DNA of 64,000 bases from an uncultured delta proteobacterium (GCA_963727485.1 CAVSGM010000002.1:1696001-1760000); one strand, 5' to 3'. Counted from the stretch's first letter, positions 29,182 to 39,548 are shown. Notes: generated by a model not told the origin, from the sequence alone. Numbers and translations: made by a program.

Positions 29182-29223
29182 TGTGTAGCTGGGCGCCTGG
29201 CCCGCCGGGGGCCGAGGGGGCCG

Positions 29224-29862
29224 TCAGCTCTTGTGGTGCGCGTCCGCCGGGCGCTTGAGGTTGAAGTCGGCGGTGGCGGTCTTGCCGCCGGTGACCACGA
29301 TGTCCTGGGTCTTGGCCTTCAGGTGGCTGTTCCACACCGCGAGCTGGTAGTGGCCCGGGGGCACGCCCCGGATGGTGTAGGTGCCGTCGGTGTGGACCAC
29401 GGCCTCGAAGGGGTTCTGGTTCACGAACACCCAGGCGTTCATCGACGGGTGCACCCAGCACTTCTGGCGGTAGGCGCCGACGTGCTTGTCGAAGTGGTAG
29501 GTGCGCATCTGGCCGTAGTCCCAGACGCCGAGGTTGTAGGTCTCGTGGTCCGGCGAGTACACGTTGTGCTGCACGTGCTCCTTGTTGAGGTACTCCACGG
29601 TGTCCCCGAAGCTGATGGCGAGGACGTGGGGCTCGAACTGGTGGTTCTGGTCCTTCATCACGTAGGCCTTCTGGGTGAAGGCGCCGGGGGCGTGGACCAC
29701 GTAGACCACCGTCTCGTTGAGCCACTTGCCGGTCAGGTTGGTGACCTCGCCCTTGATGGTGCCGGTCGACGCCGCGGTCGCGGGCGTGGGACCGGCGCCG
29801 ACGAAGACCAGCACCAGGAGCACTACGAGGACAAAGAGACCGCTGCGACGCTTCATCACCAT
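29224..29862 (-). CDS. Secreted cupredoxin-like / carboxypeptidase-regulatory-like protein, paralogue 1
   Basis: Signal peptide; 'F.PHVLAI..GDTV...N...HNVYSP', 'KCWVHPSM' (His...Cys-x2-His-x2-Met); 'DG.Y.I.GVPPG.Y'. Confidence 0.8.
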   Translation of the reverse strand: MVMKRRSGLFVLVVLLVLVFVGAGPTPATAASTGTIKGEVTNLTGKWLNETVVYVVHAPGAFTQKAYVMKDQNHQFEPHVLAISFGDTVEYLNKEHVQHNVYSPDHETYNLGVWDYGQMRTYHFDKHVGAYRQKCWVHPSMNAWVFVNQNPFEAVVHTDGTYTIRGVPPGHYQLAVWNSHLKAKTQDIVVTGGKTATADFNLKRPADAHHKS

Positions 29863-30112
29863 CTCCTCCGAAACACGAGTGGGTATACGGTCCGGTAGTC
29901 TTGCCTGCCCCCGCCGCGCGTTGCAAGGCTCTCGAAGGCACCGCGCCCGCTTCCGCGGCGGTTCGACGCAACGCGGCAAACGGGGCACGCTGGCCCGCGT
30001 GGGGGGGGCACGACGCACCCCCGAAGGTGGGCATCCGCATCCCCTGAGGCGAGGGGCGGCGACGGGCGCTCGCCCTTCCCGGGCTCTGCCTCGCCCTGGG
30101 CGGTGAACCCGG

Positions 30113-30721
30113 CTACCTGGCGAGGGAGAAGTCCGCGGTCGCGGCGCCCCCGGCCTTCACGGTCACCGGCTGGGGGCCGGCCTGGAAGTGGCTGTTCCAC
30201 ACCGCGACCTGCCAGGTGCCCGGGGGGATGCCGGCGAGGGTGTAGCTGCCGTCCTCCGAGACCACCGCCTGGTAGGGGTTCTGGTTCACGAAGACGTAGG
30301 CGAGCATGGTGGGGTGGACGCTGCACTTCTGGGCGTAGGCGCCGGTGTGCTGGTCGAAGGTGTAGCTCCGGCTCTGGCCGAAGCCCCAGACGCCGAGGTT
30401 GTAGCCCTCGTGGTCCGGGGAGAAGACGTTGTGGCCCACGTGGTCGCGGTTCTCCCACTTGACCGTGTCCCCGAAGGTGATGGCGAGGACGTGGGGGTGG
30501 AAGTGGAGCGCCTTCTGGGTCATCACGTGGGTCTTGGGGGCGTAGGTGCCGGGCACCTTCACCAGGTACACCACGGTCTCGCCGAGGTACTGGTCACCCG
30601 GCGTCGTCACCTTGCCGGTGAGGGTCCCGCCCTCGGCGGCCCTGGCCGCTCCGTAACCTGCGACTCCCACACCGACGGCGATCACCGCCGCCAGCGCCAT
30701 CCACCTGGTGCGCGTGCGCAT
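30113..30721 (-). CDS. Secreted cupredoxin-like / carboxypeptidase-regulatory-like protein, paralogue 2
   Basis: Same motifs ('HNVFSP', 'KCSVHPTM'); closely similar to the neighbour. Confidence 0.8.
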   Translation of the reverse strand: MRTRTRWMALAAVIAVGVGVAGYGAARAAEGGTLTGKVTTPGDQYLGETVVYLVKVPGTYAPKTHVMTQKALHFHPHVLAITFGDTVKWENRDHVGHNVFSPDHEGYNLGVWGFGQSRSYTFDQHTGAYAQKCSVHPTMLAYVFVNQNPYQAVVSEDGSYTLAGIPPGTWQVAVWNSHFQAGPQPVTVKAGGAATADFSLAR

Positions 30722-30830
30722 GGCCTCGTCCTCCCCTGGTCGTGAGGCGTTCCCCCTGGGAGGCAGGGTGGGCACGCGCCGGGCGGAGGCAAGTCCCGGG
30801 AGGAGCGGGGGTGCTCGAGGCCTTGCCCGG

Positions 30831-31877
30831 CTACCGCTGCACCTGCACCTGCACGGTCTGGAAGTCGACCCCGCCGCGGGTGTCCCGGAGCACGACCCAG
30901 AGGGACACGTCCCGCGCGTCGCTCCCCGGCCCCAGCGCCGGCGCCAGGTAGGCGTCGTCGACCCCGAGGGTCCGGCTCTTCTCGGTGTTGTCGAGCTGGA
31001 AGATCCCGGCGGTCGAGAACCAGCTGTACTCGAGGAGCTCGGTGCGGTCCTCGATGGCCACCTTGCGCGTCTGGAGGTCCACGGTCAGCGTCTGGTACTT
31101 CTCCGCCGACCCGTCGCCGGACACCGGGTGGAAGGTCACCTGCTCCCCGGGCTTGAGCACCAGGGGCCCGGTCGCGGGCAGATCCACGAAGTCCTTGGTC
31201 TGCCCCTGCCGCTCGTCGAAGCGCACCTGGAGCTTTGCGAACACCGGGTTGTGGTTGGGGGTCTTGGTCTCCCAGGGGACGCAGCCGGCGGGCTGGCCCT
31301 GGGCGTCGCAGACCTTGATGCCCGCCTGGGCCAGGATCACCCGGTACACCGTGTCCGACCAGGAGACCGCCAGGCGCTTGTAGGCGATCTCCTGGGTCGC
31401 CGCCTGGGCCCGCACCTCGAAGACCGGCCGCACCCCGATGAGGCCCTTGAGGGAGTCGTCGGCCATCAGGCCCTGGAGGAAGTCGGCGGGCAGCGCCCGG
31501 GTGGTCACATAGGGCGTCGACGGCGGATCCGGCGCCGCGGGGATCGTCACCTGGCCCACGCCCTGGGCGGTGAACCCGGCGCTGTCGGCGGCGGTGGTGG
31601 TGCACCCGGTGGGGTCGTAGAACTCGCAGCCCCGCAGGCGCACCGACACCAGCCCGCGCTTCGGCGAGGCGATGAGCGCCGTCACCCTCACCGGCACCGG
31701 GGCGGCGGTCGGCGAGTCGGGGACCACCACCTCCGGCGGGTCGAGGCGGATGGCCAGCACCCGCAGGTCGTGGACGTCGCCCTGGGCGTCGTTGGGCGAG
31801 GCCGGCAGGCACCCGGCGAGGGCGAGGGCGCCGACGAGGAGACCCAGGGCCCGGGAGCGGAGGCTGGCGCGCCGCAT
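30831..31877 (-). CDS. Lipoprotein co-transcribed with the TonB-dependent receptor
   Basis: Lipobox LAGC, 'LRVLAIR..PPE', 'SWFSTAG', 'WVVLRD.RGG'; overlaps the receptor stop. Confidence 0.8.
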   Translation of the reverse strand: MRRASLRSRALGLLVGALALAGCLPASPNDAQGDVHDLRVLAIRLDPPEVVVPDSPTAAPVPVRVTALIASPKRGLVSVRLRGCEFYDPTGCTTTAADSAGFTAQGVGQVTIPAAPDPPSTPYVTTRALPADFLQGLMADDSLKGLIGVRPVFEVRAQAATQEIAYKRLAVSWSDTVYRVILAQAGIKVCDAQGQPAGCVPWETKTPNHNPVFAKLQVRFDERQGQTKDFVDLPATGPLVLKPGEQVTFHPVSGDGSAEKYQTLTVDLQTRKVAIEDRTELLEYSWFSTAGIFQLDNTEKSRTLGVDDAYLAPALGPGSDARDVSLWVVLRDTRGGVDFQTVQVQVQR

Positions 31878-34495
31878 CACCACTCCCCCTTGACGCCGAT
31901 CACCGGGAGGATCGGCAACAGCGAGAAGTCGATCCGCTGCCGGTACCGGTAGTCGTACTGGTACCCCTCGACGTTGGGGGTGTTGGTGGCGTTGAGCAGA
32001 TCGAGGAAGAGGTCGAGGGTGAAGGTGTTGAACACCCAGGTGTGGTCCACCCGCAGGTCGAGCTGGCGGAAGGTGGGCAGCCTGGCCGAGTTGGTCGGCC
32101 CGTAGACCGGGTCCCAGTTGTCGGCGTCGAGGTCGTGCACCGCGAAGAGCACCGGGGTGTAGGGGTTGCCGGTGACCAGGCGGAAGCGCCCGCCGATCTC
32201 GAACCCGAGCCCCGGCTTCCAGCTCGCCACCACCGTGAGGATGTGGGTCTGGTCGTAGCGGGTGGGCACGAAGGCGTCGCCGGGGTGGCTCCTCGCCTCG
32301 GACTTCATCAGGGTGTAGGCGATCCACCCGAACAGGTGCCGGGTGATCTTGTGGCGCAGGAGCACCTCGAGGCCGTAGGCGCGGCCGAGGCCGTCGTTGT
32401 TGTAGAGGGCGCTTGTGGCCTTGCCCCCGCTGACCCCGCCGCCCCCGGTGCTCACCGCCAGGTGGAAGCGCTGGTTGAAGAACGCCTGCACGTCGAGGTC
32501 GACCACGTCCGAGAAGCTGTGCTCCACCCCGACCACGTACTGGGTCGCCGCCTCGGGGAGCAGCTTGGGGTTGCCGGTGAGGTCGTTGACCGCAAACAGG
32601 CTGGGGTTCTGGTGGTAGAGGCCCACCGCCCCCTTGAGGGTGGTGCCCTTCACCACCGTCCACCGCACCGCGAGCCGGGGGTCGATGAGCGGGCGGACGT
32701 GGGTGCCGAAGACGTAGAGCTCCGGGCGCAGCCCGAAGGTCACCTTGAGCCCGTCACCGGGCTCCCAAGTCCCCTCGAGGTAGCTCGCCAGATCCGAGCC
32801 CCCGGAGGTGATGTGCAGCGGCTGGGTCGCCGGGATCTCCGGGATCGGCGAGGGGAAGGCGAACAGATCCGAGCCCACCGGCGCCGTCGCCTGGGCGGTG
32901 GCCCGGAGGAAGTAGAGGTCGAGGCCGGCGCGCAGGGTCAGGTGCTTGAAGTGGCGCCAGGTGAGGTCCTCGCGCAGTCCGCCCTCGTAGCGGGTGAACG
33001 AGAAGTCGAAGTTCACCCCGCCCGCGCCCTGCTCCCCGCCGCCGGCGGACTGGATGGTGATCCCCGCCCAGGGCATCGAGCGCAGGGTCAGCTCCGGGTT
33101 AATCCGCCAGTCGTCGGAGAGCATCAGCCGGTGGAAGCCGATGTGCAGGTCGAAGGAGAGCGCCCGGTTCCGGTTCTGCTGGGGGAGCAGGAGCGCGAAG
33201 GTGTCGTCGGAGCCGAAGACGAAGGCCGAGAGCTTGTGGTCGCGGGTCGGATCCCAGTCGAGCTTCGCCTGGTAGTCGCCGTAGACCGGCGCCACCGTGA
33301 TCCGGTTGTTCCCCCCGGTGAGCGAGAGCAGCGAGGGCAAGATGGCGTCGATGTAGCTGCGCCGCGCCGCCACCGCGATGGACAGGTGCTTGCCCAGGGG
33401 GTGGCGGTAGAAGACGCTGGCGTCCATCAGGTCGACCTTCGCCGTGCCCCGGGCCGGCTGGTCCTCGAGGCGCCTCGTCTTCACGTCGACGATGCCGGCG
33501 ATGGCCCGGCCGTGGCGCGCCCCGAAGCCCCCGGGCTTGAACTCGATGGAGTCGATGAACTCCGGGTTCACCACGCTGGTGAGCCCGCCGAAGTGGTAGA
33601 GCAGGGGCAGCTGTACCCCGTCGAAGTAGGTCCCGGTGTCCCCGGGGTTGGCCCCGCGGACCAGGAGCTGCCCGCCGATGAACGGCGCCCTATTCATCCC
33701 CGGGAGGTTCTCGAGCACCCGGAGCGGATCGCCGAAGGTCCCCGGCACGTGGGTGAGCTCCTGGCGCGAGAGGTCGATGACCGTGGCGTCGCGCTTCTCC
33801 TTGGTGGCCCGGACCACCGTCTCGAAGGGGCTGTAGTCGCGGCCCAGGAGGTAGTAGGTGACCTTCACCTCCTTGCCCACGGCGATGGTCTCGGTGGCCT
33901 TGTAGTCGAAGTACCCGGGCGCCTTCGCCGTCACCTCGTAGGTCCCGGGCTTCAGGCGCAGCGCGAAGCGACCGTCGGGCCCGGTCTGGACCCCGAGGCC
34001 CCCGGCCTTGACGATGGCCCCCTCGATGGGCGAGCGGCGCCCGCGCACCAGGATGCGCCCTTCGAGGGTCACCGGCAGCGGCGCGGCGGCCTCCTTGGGC
34101 TCGGCCTTCGGCGGCGGCGGCGGGGGCTCGAAGGTGAACTTGTAGGTCAGCTGGATCGGCGCCGGCTTCCCGTCGACCTCCGCGGGGGTGAACACCAGCT
34201 GCTTGCCGGCGGCGACCGCGGCGGCGGCGAGCCTCGGGTCCGGGGCCGAGCGGACCGTCACCTCGCTGACGTGCCCGGTGGCGTCGAGGGTGAGCACCAG
34301 GACCACGTCGCCGCTGACCCGGTCCTCGACCGCCGAGGGCGGGTACACCGGGTTGACCCGCGTCACCAGGGTGGGCGCCCGGGTGAGCACCGGGACGTGC
34401 TTCTCGACCTTGGGCTTCTCGGGCTGGGGGCGCTGGGGCTGGGGCTCGATCTGGGCGACGAGGCCCAGGGAGGCGATGAGGGCGAAAAGCCACAT
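31877..34495 (-). CDS. TonB-dependent outer-membrane receptor with N-terminal TonB-C and carboxypeptidase-regulatory-like domains
   Basis: 'P.YP..A....VSGDVVL.L.LDA.G.V' TonB-C; plug 'VPGTFGDPLRV.ENLPG'; barrel ending 'LP.IGVKGEW'. Confidence 0.9.
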   Translation of the reverse strand: MWLFALIASLGLVAQIEPQPQRPQPEKPKVEKHVPVLTRAPTLVTRVNPVYPPSAVEDRVSGDVVLVLTLDATGHVSEVTVRSAPDPRLAAAAVAAGKQLVFTPAEVDGKPAPIQLTYKFTFEPPPPPPKAEPKEAAAPLPVTLEGRILVRGRRSPIEGAIVKAGGLGVQTGPDGRFALRLKPGTYEVTAKAPGYFDYKATETIAVGKEVKVTYYLLGRDYSPFETVVRATKEKRDATVIDLSRQELTHVPGTFGDPLRVLENLPGMNRAPFIGGQLLVRGANPGDTGTYFDGVQLPLLYHFGGLTSVVNPEFIDSIEFKPGGFGARHGRAIAGIVDVKTRRLEDQPARGTAKVDLMDASVFYRHPLGKHLSIAVAARRSYIDAILPSLLSLTGGNNRITVAPVYGDYQAKLDWDPTRDHKLSAFVFGSDDTFALLLPQQNRNRALSFDLHIGFHRLMLSDDWRINPELTLRSMPWAGITIQSAGGGEQGAGGVNFDFSFTRYEGGLREDLTWRHFKHLTLRAGLDLYFLRATAQATAPVGSDLFAFPSPIPEIPATQPLHITSGGSDLASYLEGTWEPGDGLKVTFGLRPELYVFGTHVRPLIDPRLAVRWTVVKGTTLKGAVGLYHQNPSLFAVNDLTGNPKLLPEAATQYVVGVEHSFSDVVDLDVQAFFNQRFHLAVSTGGGGVSGGKATSALYNNDGLGRAYGLEVLLRHKITRHLFGWIAYTLMKSEARSHPGDAFVPTRYDQTHILTVVASWKPGLGFEIGGRFRLVTGNPYTPVLFAVHDLDADNWDPVYGPTNSARLPTFRQLDLRVDHTWVFNTFTLDLFLDLLNATNTPNVEGYQYDYRYRQRIDFSLLPILPVIGVKGEW

Positions 34496-34543
34496 GGCGC
34501 CCCTGCTTCTATCAGAAAGCCGCCCTTGATACCTTCCGCCGCC

Positions 34544-35920
34544 ATGGCCGACTCCCCCGCCCCCGACGTCCGCGCCCAGCCGCCCGGACCCGCCCGCCCC
34601 TTCGCCCGCCTCGGGGTCACCCTCGGCGTCGTCGCCGTCACCGTCGGCCTCTCCCGGGTGCCGCTCGCCGGCGTCGGCGCCGGCCTCCACGGGATGGGCG
34701 GGGTCACGCCCACGTCCCTGCTGGCCCTGGGCCTCACCCCCATCCTCGCCGCCTTCGTGGTCATCGAGCTCTCGGCCCTGGTGATCCCCGCCTGGCGGCC
34801 GCTGCGGATCTCCGGCTTCGCCGGCCGCCGGCAGCTCACCCGCCTGGCCCTCCTCCTCGCCATCCCCCTCACCGCGGCCCAGACCCTCGGCAGCGTCCGC
34901 GCCCTCATCACCCTCGGCCGGCTCCCGGCGCGCGTCGGCCCGGAGCTGGTGGTGGCGGTGAGCCTCGCCGCCGCGCCGTTCCTCCTCCTGGGCCTCGCCT
35001 CGGTGGTCGGCCGCTTCGGCCTCGGCGACGGGATCTCCGTGGTCCTCGGGAGCCTCATCGCCGCCGAGGGCGTCCCGGTCCTCGCCCACCTCGCCGCCGG
35101 CCACGCCCGGGGCCAGCTCGACACCACCGACCTCCTGCTCATCGCCGGGGTCGAGGGGGTCCTCGCCCTCGACACCGTGTGGACCCTCCGCCGCCGGGGC
35201 CGCGCCGAGGCCCCGGAGGGCCCGGTGACCCTGCCCCTGCCCACCACCGGGGTGGTGCCGCTGCAGGCGCTGGCCTGGGTGGCCGCCCTCATCCCCTCGG
35301 TGGCCCTCTTCGTCCCGGCGCTGATGCCCGTGGCCGCCCACCTGATGCACGGGGGTCGCACCGCCCAGGAGGTGCTCCTCGTCGCGGTGCTGGTCCTGGG
35401 CGCCGCCTTCGCCTGGGCCTTCAGCCGGCCGGCCCTCGTCGGCGACCTGGTGGCCCGGGCCCGGGGGATCCCCGAGCAGGCCGCCACCGTGACCGGCGCC
35501 GCCCGGCGGGCGCTCCTCATCGGCACCGGCCACAGCCTGGTGTTCCTGCTCCTGGTGCAGGTGGCCTTCTTCTTCGTCGCCGGCCTCTCGCCGGCCATGG
35601 GGCTCTTCGGCTCGGTGTGGATCGTGGTCCTCGCCGCGGTGGGCATGGACGGGGTGTACGACTGGCGCTTCCGCGCCCGCCACGGCCGGGTGGTGGCGGT
35701 GCGGCCCCTCCACCGCCTCTACGCCGTGGACCCGGCCCTCGAGGCCCTCGACACCGCCGGCATCCCCGCCCTCGCCCGGGGGGCGGCGCACCGGACCCTC
35801 CTCCAGGTGGTCGGCCCCTACGTCCCCATCACGGTGATGGTCCCCGAGCAGCTGGCCACCGACGCCACCGAGGTCCTCGAGCTGGTCCTCGACGGCGACG
35901 GGAGCACGATCCCCTCATGA
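34544..35920 (+). CDS. Divergent SecY-like polytopic membrane protein with C-terminal soluble domain
   Basis: 'SLLALGLTPILAAFVVIEL', 'GRRQL.R', 'FGLGDGISVV', 'LP..TTGVVPL' echo SecY TM2/TM3/TM5/TM7 motifs. Confidence 0.65.
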   Translation: MADSPAPDVRAQPPGPARPFARLGVTLGVVAVTVGLSRVPLAGVGAGLHGMGGVTPTSLLALGLTPILAAFVVIELSALVIPAWRPLRISGFAGRRQLTRLALLLAIPLTAAQTLGSVRALITLGRLPARVGPELVVAVSLAAAPFLLLGLASVVGRFGLGDGISVVLGSLIAAEGVPVLAHLAAGHARGQLDTTDLLLIAGVEGVLALDTVWTLRRRGRAEAPEGPVTLPLPTTGVVPLQALAWVAALIPSVALFVPALMPVAAHLMHGGRTAQEVLLVAVLVLGAAFAWAFSRPALVGDLVARARGIPEQAATVTGAARRALLIGTGHSLVFLLLVQVAFFFVAGLSPAMGLFGSVWIVVLAAVGMDGVYDWRFRARHGRVVAVRPLHRLYAVDPALEALDTAGIPALARGAAHRTLLQVVGPYVPITVMVPEQLATDATEVLELVLDGDGSTIPS

Positions 35921-36655
35921 ACGGCCCCCTCGTCCTCCTCAAGACCGGCGACGCGGTGCCCCCGGTGCAGCGCGCCCGGGGCGACTTCGAGGTCCTCTTC
36001 CGCGAGGGCCTCGGCGTGGACCTCGAGCTGGTGCAGGTCCACAAGGGCGATCCCCTGCCGCTGGCCCGGGGCCTCGCCGGGGTGGTGGTCACCGGGTCCT
36101 CGGCCTCGGTCTACGATCCCGACGACTGGATCGCCGAGGCCGCGGGCTTCGTCCTCGGGGCCTCGAGCCTCGGGGTGCCCATCCTCGGGGTGTGCTTCGG
36201 CCACCAGCTGGTCGCCGACGCCCTCGGGGGCCAGGTGGTGAGGAGCCCCAAGGGCCGGGAGATGGGCACGGTGACCGTGGCGCTGACCGCCGAGGGCCGC
36301 GCCGACCCCCTCTTCGCGGGCCTCCCCGACCTCCTCCAGGTCCAGGAGAGCCACCAGGACGTGGTGGTGCGCCTGCCCCCCGGGGCGGTGCGCCTCGCCG
36401 GGAACCAGCACACCGAGGTCCAGGCCTTCGCCCTCGCAGACCACGTCCGGGCGGTGCAGTTCCACCCGGAGTTCGACGCCACCGTGAGCCGCGGCTACCT
36501 CGAGGCCCGGGCCGACCGGGTCGCCGCCGAGGCCGAGGCCCGGGGCGAGGATCCCGAGGCGGCGGTGGCGGCGGTGCGGGCGTCCATCCGCGACAGCGAC
36601 CACGGCCGCACCCTCCTCGGCAACTGGCTCGACGCCTTCGTCCGGGCTGGAGTAG
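35917..36655 (+). CDS. Class I glutamine amidotransferase (GMP-synthase-like); stop codon apparently lost to a 1-nt indel near 36645
   Basis: 'VVTGS', 'ILGVCFGHQL', 'ESHQD', 'VQFHPEF'; TAG at 36653-55 one base out of frame. Confidence 0.85.
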
Positions 36656-36718
36656 CATCCTTTCGGGGGGTCGGCCGTCGATGTGGGCCAACGCTCCCGC
36701 CATCCCCTCGGAGGCCCC

Positions 36719-38389
36719 ATGCGCCCAGTCCTCGTCGCCCTCGTCCTCGCCGCCCTCCCCGGCCTCGCCCACGCCGCCCCGGTGGACGCGCCCTCCAGGG
36801 TGAGCGCGGTCACCGTCTACCAGGGCGCCGCCCGGGTCACCCGCACCGCCCGGGTCCACCTCCCGGCCGGCGAGGTGGAGGTCCGCCTCGGGGGCCTGTC
36901 CACCTACCTCGCCGACGACACGGTGAGGGTCACCGGCAAGGGCACCGCCCGGGCGCGGATCGAGGGGGTCACGGTGGACACCGAGACCCTGGCCAAGGCC
37001 ACCGACGCCGCCTACCAGGCCGCCGAGGACACCCTCCAGGGCCTCCAGGACCAGGACCGGGCGCTCACCGATCGCATCGCCGCCGCCCAGGCGCGTCTCG
37101 CCTTCGTCGACGCCTTCCAGAAGAGCTACGGGGGCAAGAGCGCCGCCGACCTCCCGGTCCGCAGCGTCGACCCCAAGAACCTCGGCCGCCTCGCCGACTT
37201 CGTCTCCACCGAGCACCAGAAGGCCGCGGCCACCATCCGCGCCGCCGAGGTCAAGCGCCGGGATCTCGCCCAGGCCATCCGCGCCGCCGCCGCCGAGGTG
37301 CGAAAGCTCCAGTCCAAGCGCGGGGTGGTGAGCAAGACCGCGGTGGTCACGGTGCGGGTCGACAAGCCCGGGCGCTTCGACCTCGAGCTCTCCTACCTGG
37401 TGGGCGGGGCCACCTGGACCCCGGTGTGGGACGCCCGCCTCGACCCGGTGAAGGACAAGGTGGCCCTCTCGCTCTACGGGAAGGTGACCCAGAACACCGG
37501 CGTCGACTGGCCGAAGGTGACCCTGGCGGTGTCCACCGCCCGGCCCGCCCGGGGGCTCTCGGTCCCCGAGCTCGATCCCCGCTACGTCACGAAGTACCAG
37601 CCGCCGCGACCCCTCTACCGGGAGCACACCCGCTACGCTCCGTCCGCCGCCCGGTCCCTGGCGCCCCTGGCCACCGCCGACGCGGCGTCCGACAAGGACG
37701 AGGGCCTCGCCGAGCAGAAGCGGATGGCCACCCTCCAGGTGGTGCAGGCCAAGGTCACCCAGGGCCTGCTCTCGGCGAGCTTCACCTCTCCCCACGCCAC
37801 CACCGTCGCCGGCAACGGCAAGGCCCAGCGGGCGATGCTGGCGAGCTGGAAGCTCGACGCCAAGGTCGACCGCCGGGCGGCGCCGCGCCAGGACCGGTCG
37901 GCCTACCTGGTGGCCACGGCGACCAACACCACCGGGGTGCCGCTGCTCCCCGGCCAGGCCAGCGTCTTCCTCGCAGGCGAGCTGGTGGGCCACACCCGCC
38001 TGGGCCCGGTGGCCGGGGGCGACGACCTCAAGCTGCCCTTCGGCGCCGACGACCGGGTGAAGATCGAGCGCCGGGTCCTCGAGCGCAAGCACGCCGAGAG
38101 CGGGCTCTTCTCCAAGGACGAGGTGATGCGCTACCACGTGCGGACCACGGTCACCAACCTCTACCCCCACGCGGTGAAGGTGACCCTCCTCGACCAGGTG
38201 CCCGTGTCCCGGGACCAGACCATCAAGGTCGAGGTCCTGGACAAGTCGACCCAGCCCACCAGCGAGGACAAGGATCGGCCCGGGGTGCGCCGCCACGCGC
38301 TGACCCTCCCGGCCCACGGGAAGGCCACGGTGGACCTCTGGTACCGGGTGAGCTGGCCCAAGGGTCAGCGGATCACCGGCCTCGACTAG
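36719..38389 (+). CDS. DUF4140/DUF4139 (mucoidy inhibitor MuiA-like) secreted protein
   Basis: 'VSAVTVYQGAARVTR', 'LSYLV..ATW.P.WD.RL', 'V.QNTG.DW..V.L.VST..P'. Confidence 0.85.
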   Translation: MRPVLVALVLAALPGLAHAAPVDAPSRVSAVTVYQGAARVTRTARVHLPAGEVEVRLGGLSTYLADDTVRVTGKGTARARIEGVTVDTETLAKATDAAYQAAEDTLQGLQDQDRALTDRIAAAQARLAFVDAFQKSYGGKSAADLPVRSVDPKNLGRLADFVSTEHQKAAATIRAAEVKRRDLAQAIRAAAAEVRKLQSKRGVVSKTAVVTVRVDKPGRFDLELSYLVGGATWTPVWDARLDPVKDKVALSLYGKVTQNTGVDWPKVTLAVSTARPARGLSVPELDPRYVTKYQPPRPLYREHTRYAPSAARSLAPLATADAASDKDEGLAEQKRMATLQVVQAKVTQGLLSASFTSPHATTVAGNGKAQRAMLASWKLDAKVDRRAAPRQDRSAYLVATATNTTGVPLLPGQASVFLAGELVGHTRLGPVAGGDDLKLPFGADDRVKIERRVLERKHAESGLFSKDEVMRYHVRTTVTNLYPHAVKVTLLDQVPVSRDQTIKVEVLDKSTQPTSEDKDRPGVRRHALTLPAHGKATVDLWYRVSWPKGQRITGLD

Positions 38390-38480
38390 GCGGGGGCGCA
38401 GAACGCGCGCCGACCTCGACCCTCTGGTACACTGGCGCCCGTTCCGGCGGCGTGCAGGGGGTCATGAGGGAGGTCCACAG

Positions 38481-39548
38481 GTGACCGAGGATCAGTTCCG
38501 CGGCATCCTCGAGACGGCGGTGCGCAACAACGCCTCCGACGTCCACTTCGAGGTGGGCTACCCCCCGATCTTCCGCATCCAGGGCGATCTGGTGGGCGTG
38601 AAGGGGCCGCCGCTGACCCCCGCCGACACCCAGGCGGCGTCGCTGGTGGTGATGCAGGAGGACCCGGATCTGTTCTCCGGCGACTTCGAGGAGGTCGACC
38701 GCAGCTACTCCATCCCCGGGGTCAGCCGGTTCCGCGCCAACATCTTCAAGCAGCGCGGGGCGCTGGGCATCGTGCTGCGGGTCATCCCCTTCACCATCCG
38801 CGCCTTCGAGGATCTGAACCTCCCCCGGGGCCTCGGGGACATCGCGCTGTCGCCGAGGGGGCTGATCCTGGTCACCGGCGCCACCGGGATGGGCAAGAGC
38901 ACGACCATCGCGGCGATGCTCCAGCACCTCAACACCCACCGCCGGGCCCACGTGGTGACCATCGAGGACCCCATCGAGTTCATCTACCCGCCGGCCAAGA
39001 GCCTGTTCATCCAGCGGGAGGTGGGCTCGGACACCCGGAGCTTCCAGAGCGCCCTGCGCTCGGTGCTCCGCCAGGACCCCGACGCCATCATGGTCGGCGA
39101 GCTCCGGGACCGGGAGTCCATGGACATCTGCCTCAAGGCCGCGGAGACCGGGCACCTGGTGATCACCAGCGTCCACACCGTCGACGCCCGGCGCACCGTC
39201 AGCCGGCTGGTGGGCCTCTTCCCCGCCGAGGAGCAGTCGAGCCTCCGGCTGCGGCTCGCCGAGTCGCTGGTGGCGGCGGTGAGCCTGCGGCTGATGAAGT
39301 CCCAGAACGGGGGGATGGTGCCGGCGGTGGAGATCATGCGCACCACCCGGTCGATCCAGGAGTGCATCAAGGATCCGGAGAAGCTCGACGAGCTCGAGCA
39401 CCACCTCCGCCAGGCCACCGAGATCGGCTGCCAGACCTTCGACCAGCACCTGCTGGAGCTGGTGAAGACCCGGCAGGTCAGCGAGGCCACCGCGCTCCTC
39501 CACGCCTCGAACCCCGCCGATCTCAAGCGCGAGCTCAGCTTCGGCTGA
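38481..39548 (+). CDS. pilT: PilT/PilU-family type IV pilus retraction ATPase
   Basis: 'ASDVH', 'RFRANIF.QRG', Walker A 'GATGMGKSTT', 'TIEDPIEF', 'LRQDPD.I.VGE.RD', 'AAETGHLV'. Confidence 0.9.
   Translation: MTEDQFRGILETAVRNNASDVHFEVGYPPIFRIQGDLVGVKGPPLTPADTQAASLVVMQEDPDLFSGDFEEVDRSYSIPGVSRFRANIFKQRGALGIVLRVIPFTIRAFEDLNLPRGLGDIALSPRGLILVTGATGMGKSTTIAAMLQHLNTHRRAHVVTIEDPIEFIYPPAKSLFIQREVGSDTRSFQSALRSVLRQDPDAIMVGELRDRESMDICLKAAETGHLVITSVHTVDARRTVSRLVGLFPAEEQSSLRLRLAESLVAAVSLRLMKSQNGGMVPAVEIMRTTRSIQECIKDPEKLDELEHHLRQATEIGCQTFDQHLLELVKTRQVSEATALLHASNPADLKRELSFG

Noticed and set aside
35179..38484. Very long Arg/Pro/Gly-rich or antisense ORFs (also 51158-54463, 57592-60111, 59121-62228 and similar)
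   Set aside because: Shadow ORFs caused by stop-codon scarcity in high-GC DNA; only the embedded segments with real motifs were kept.
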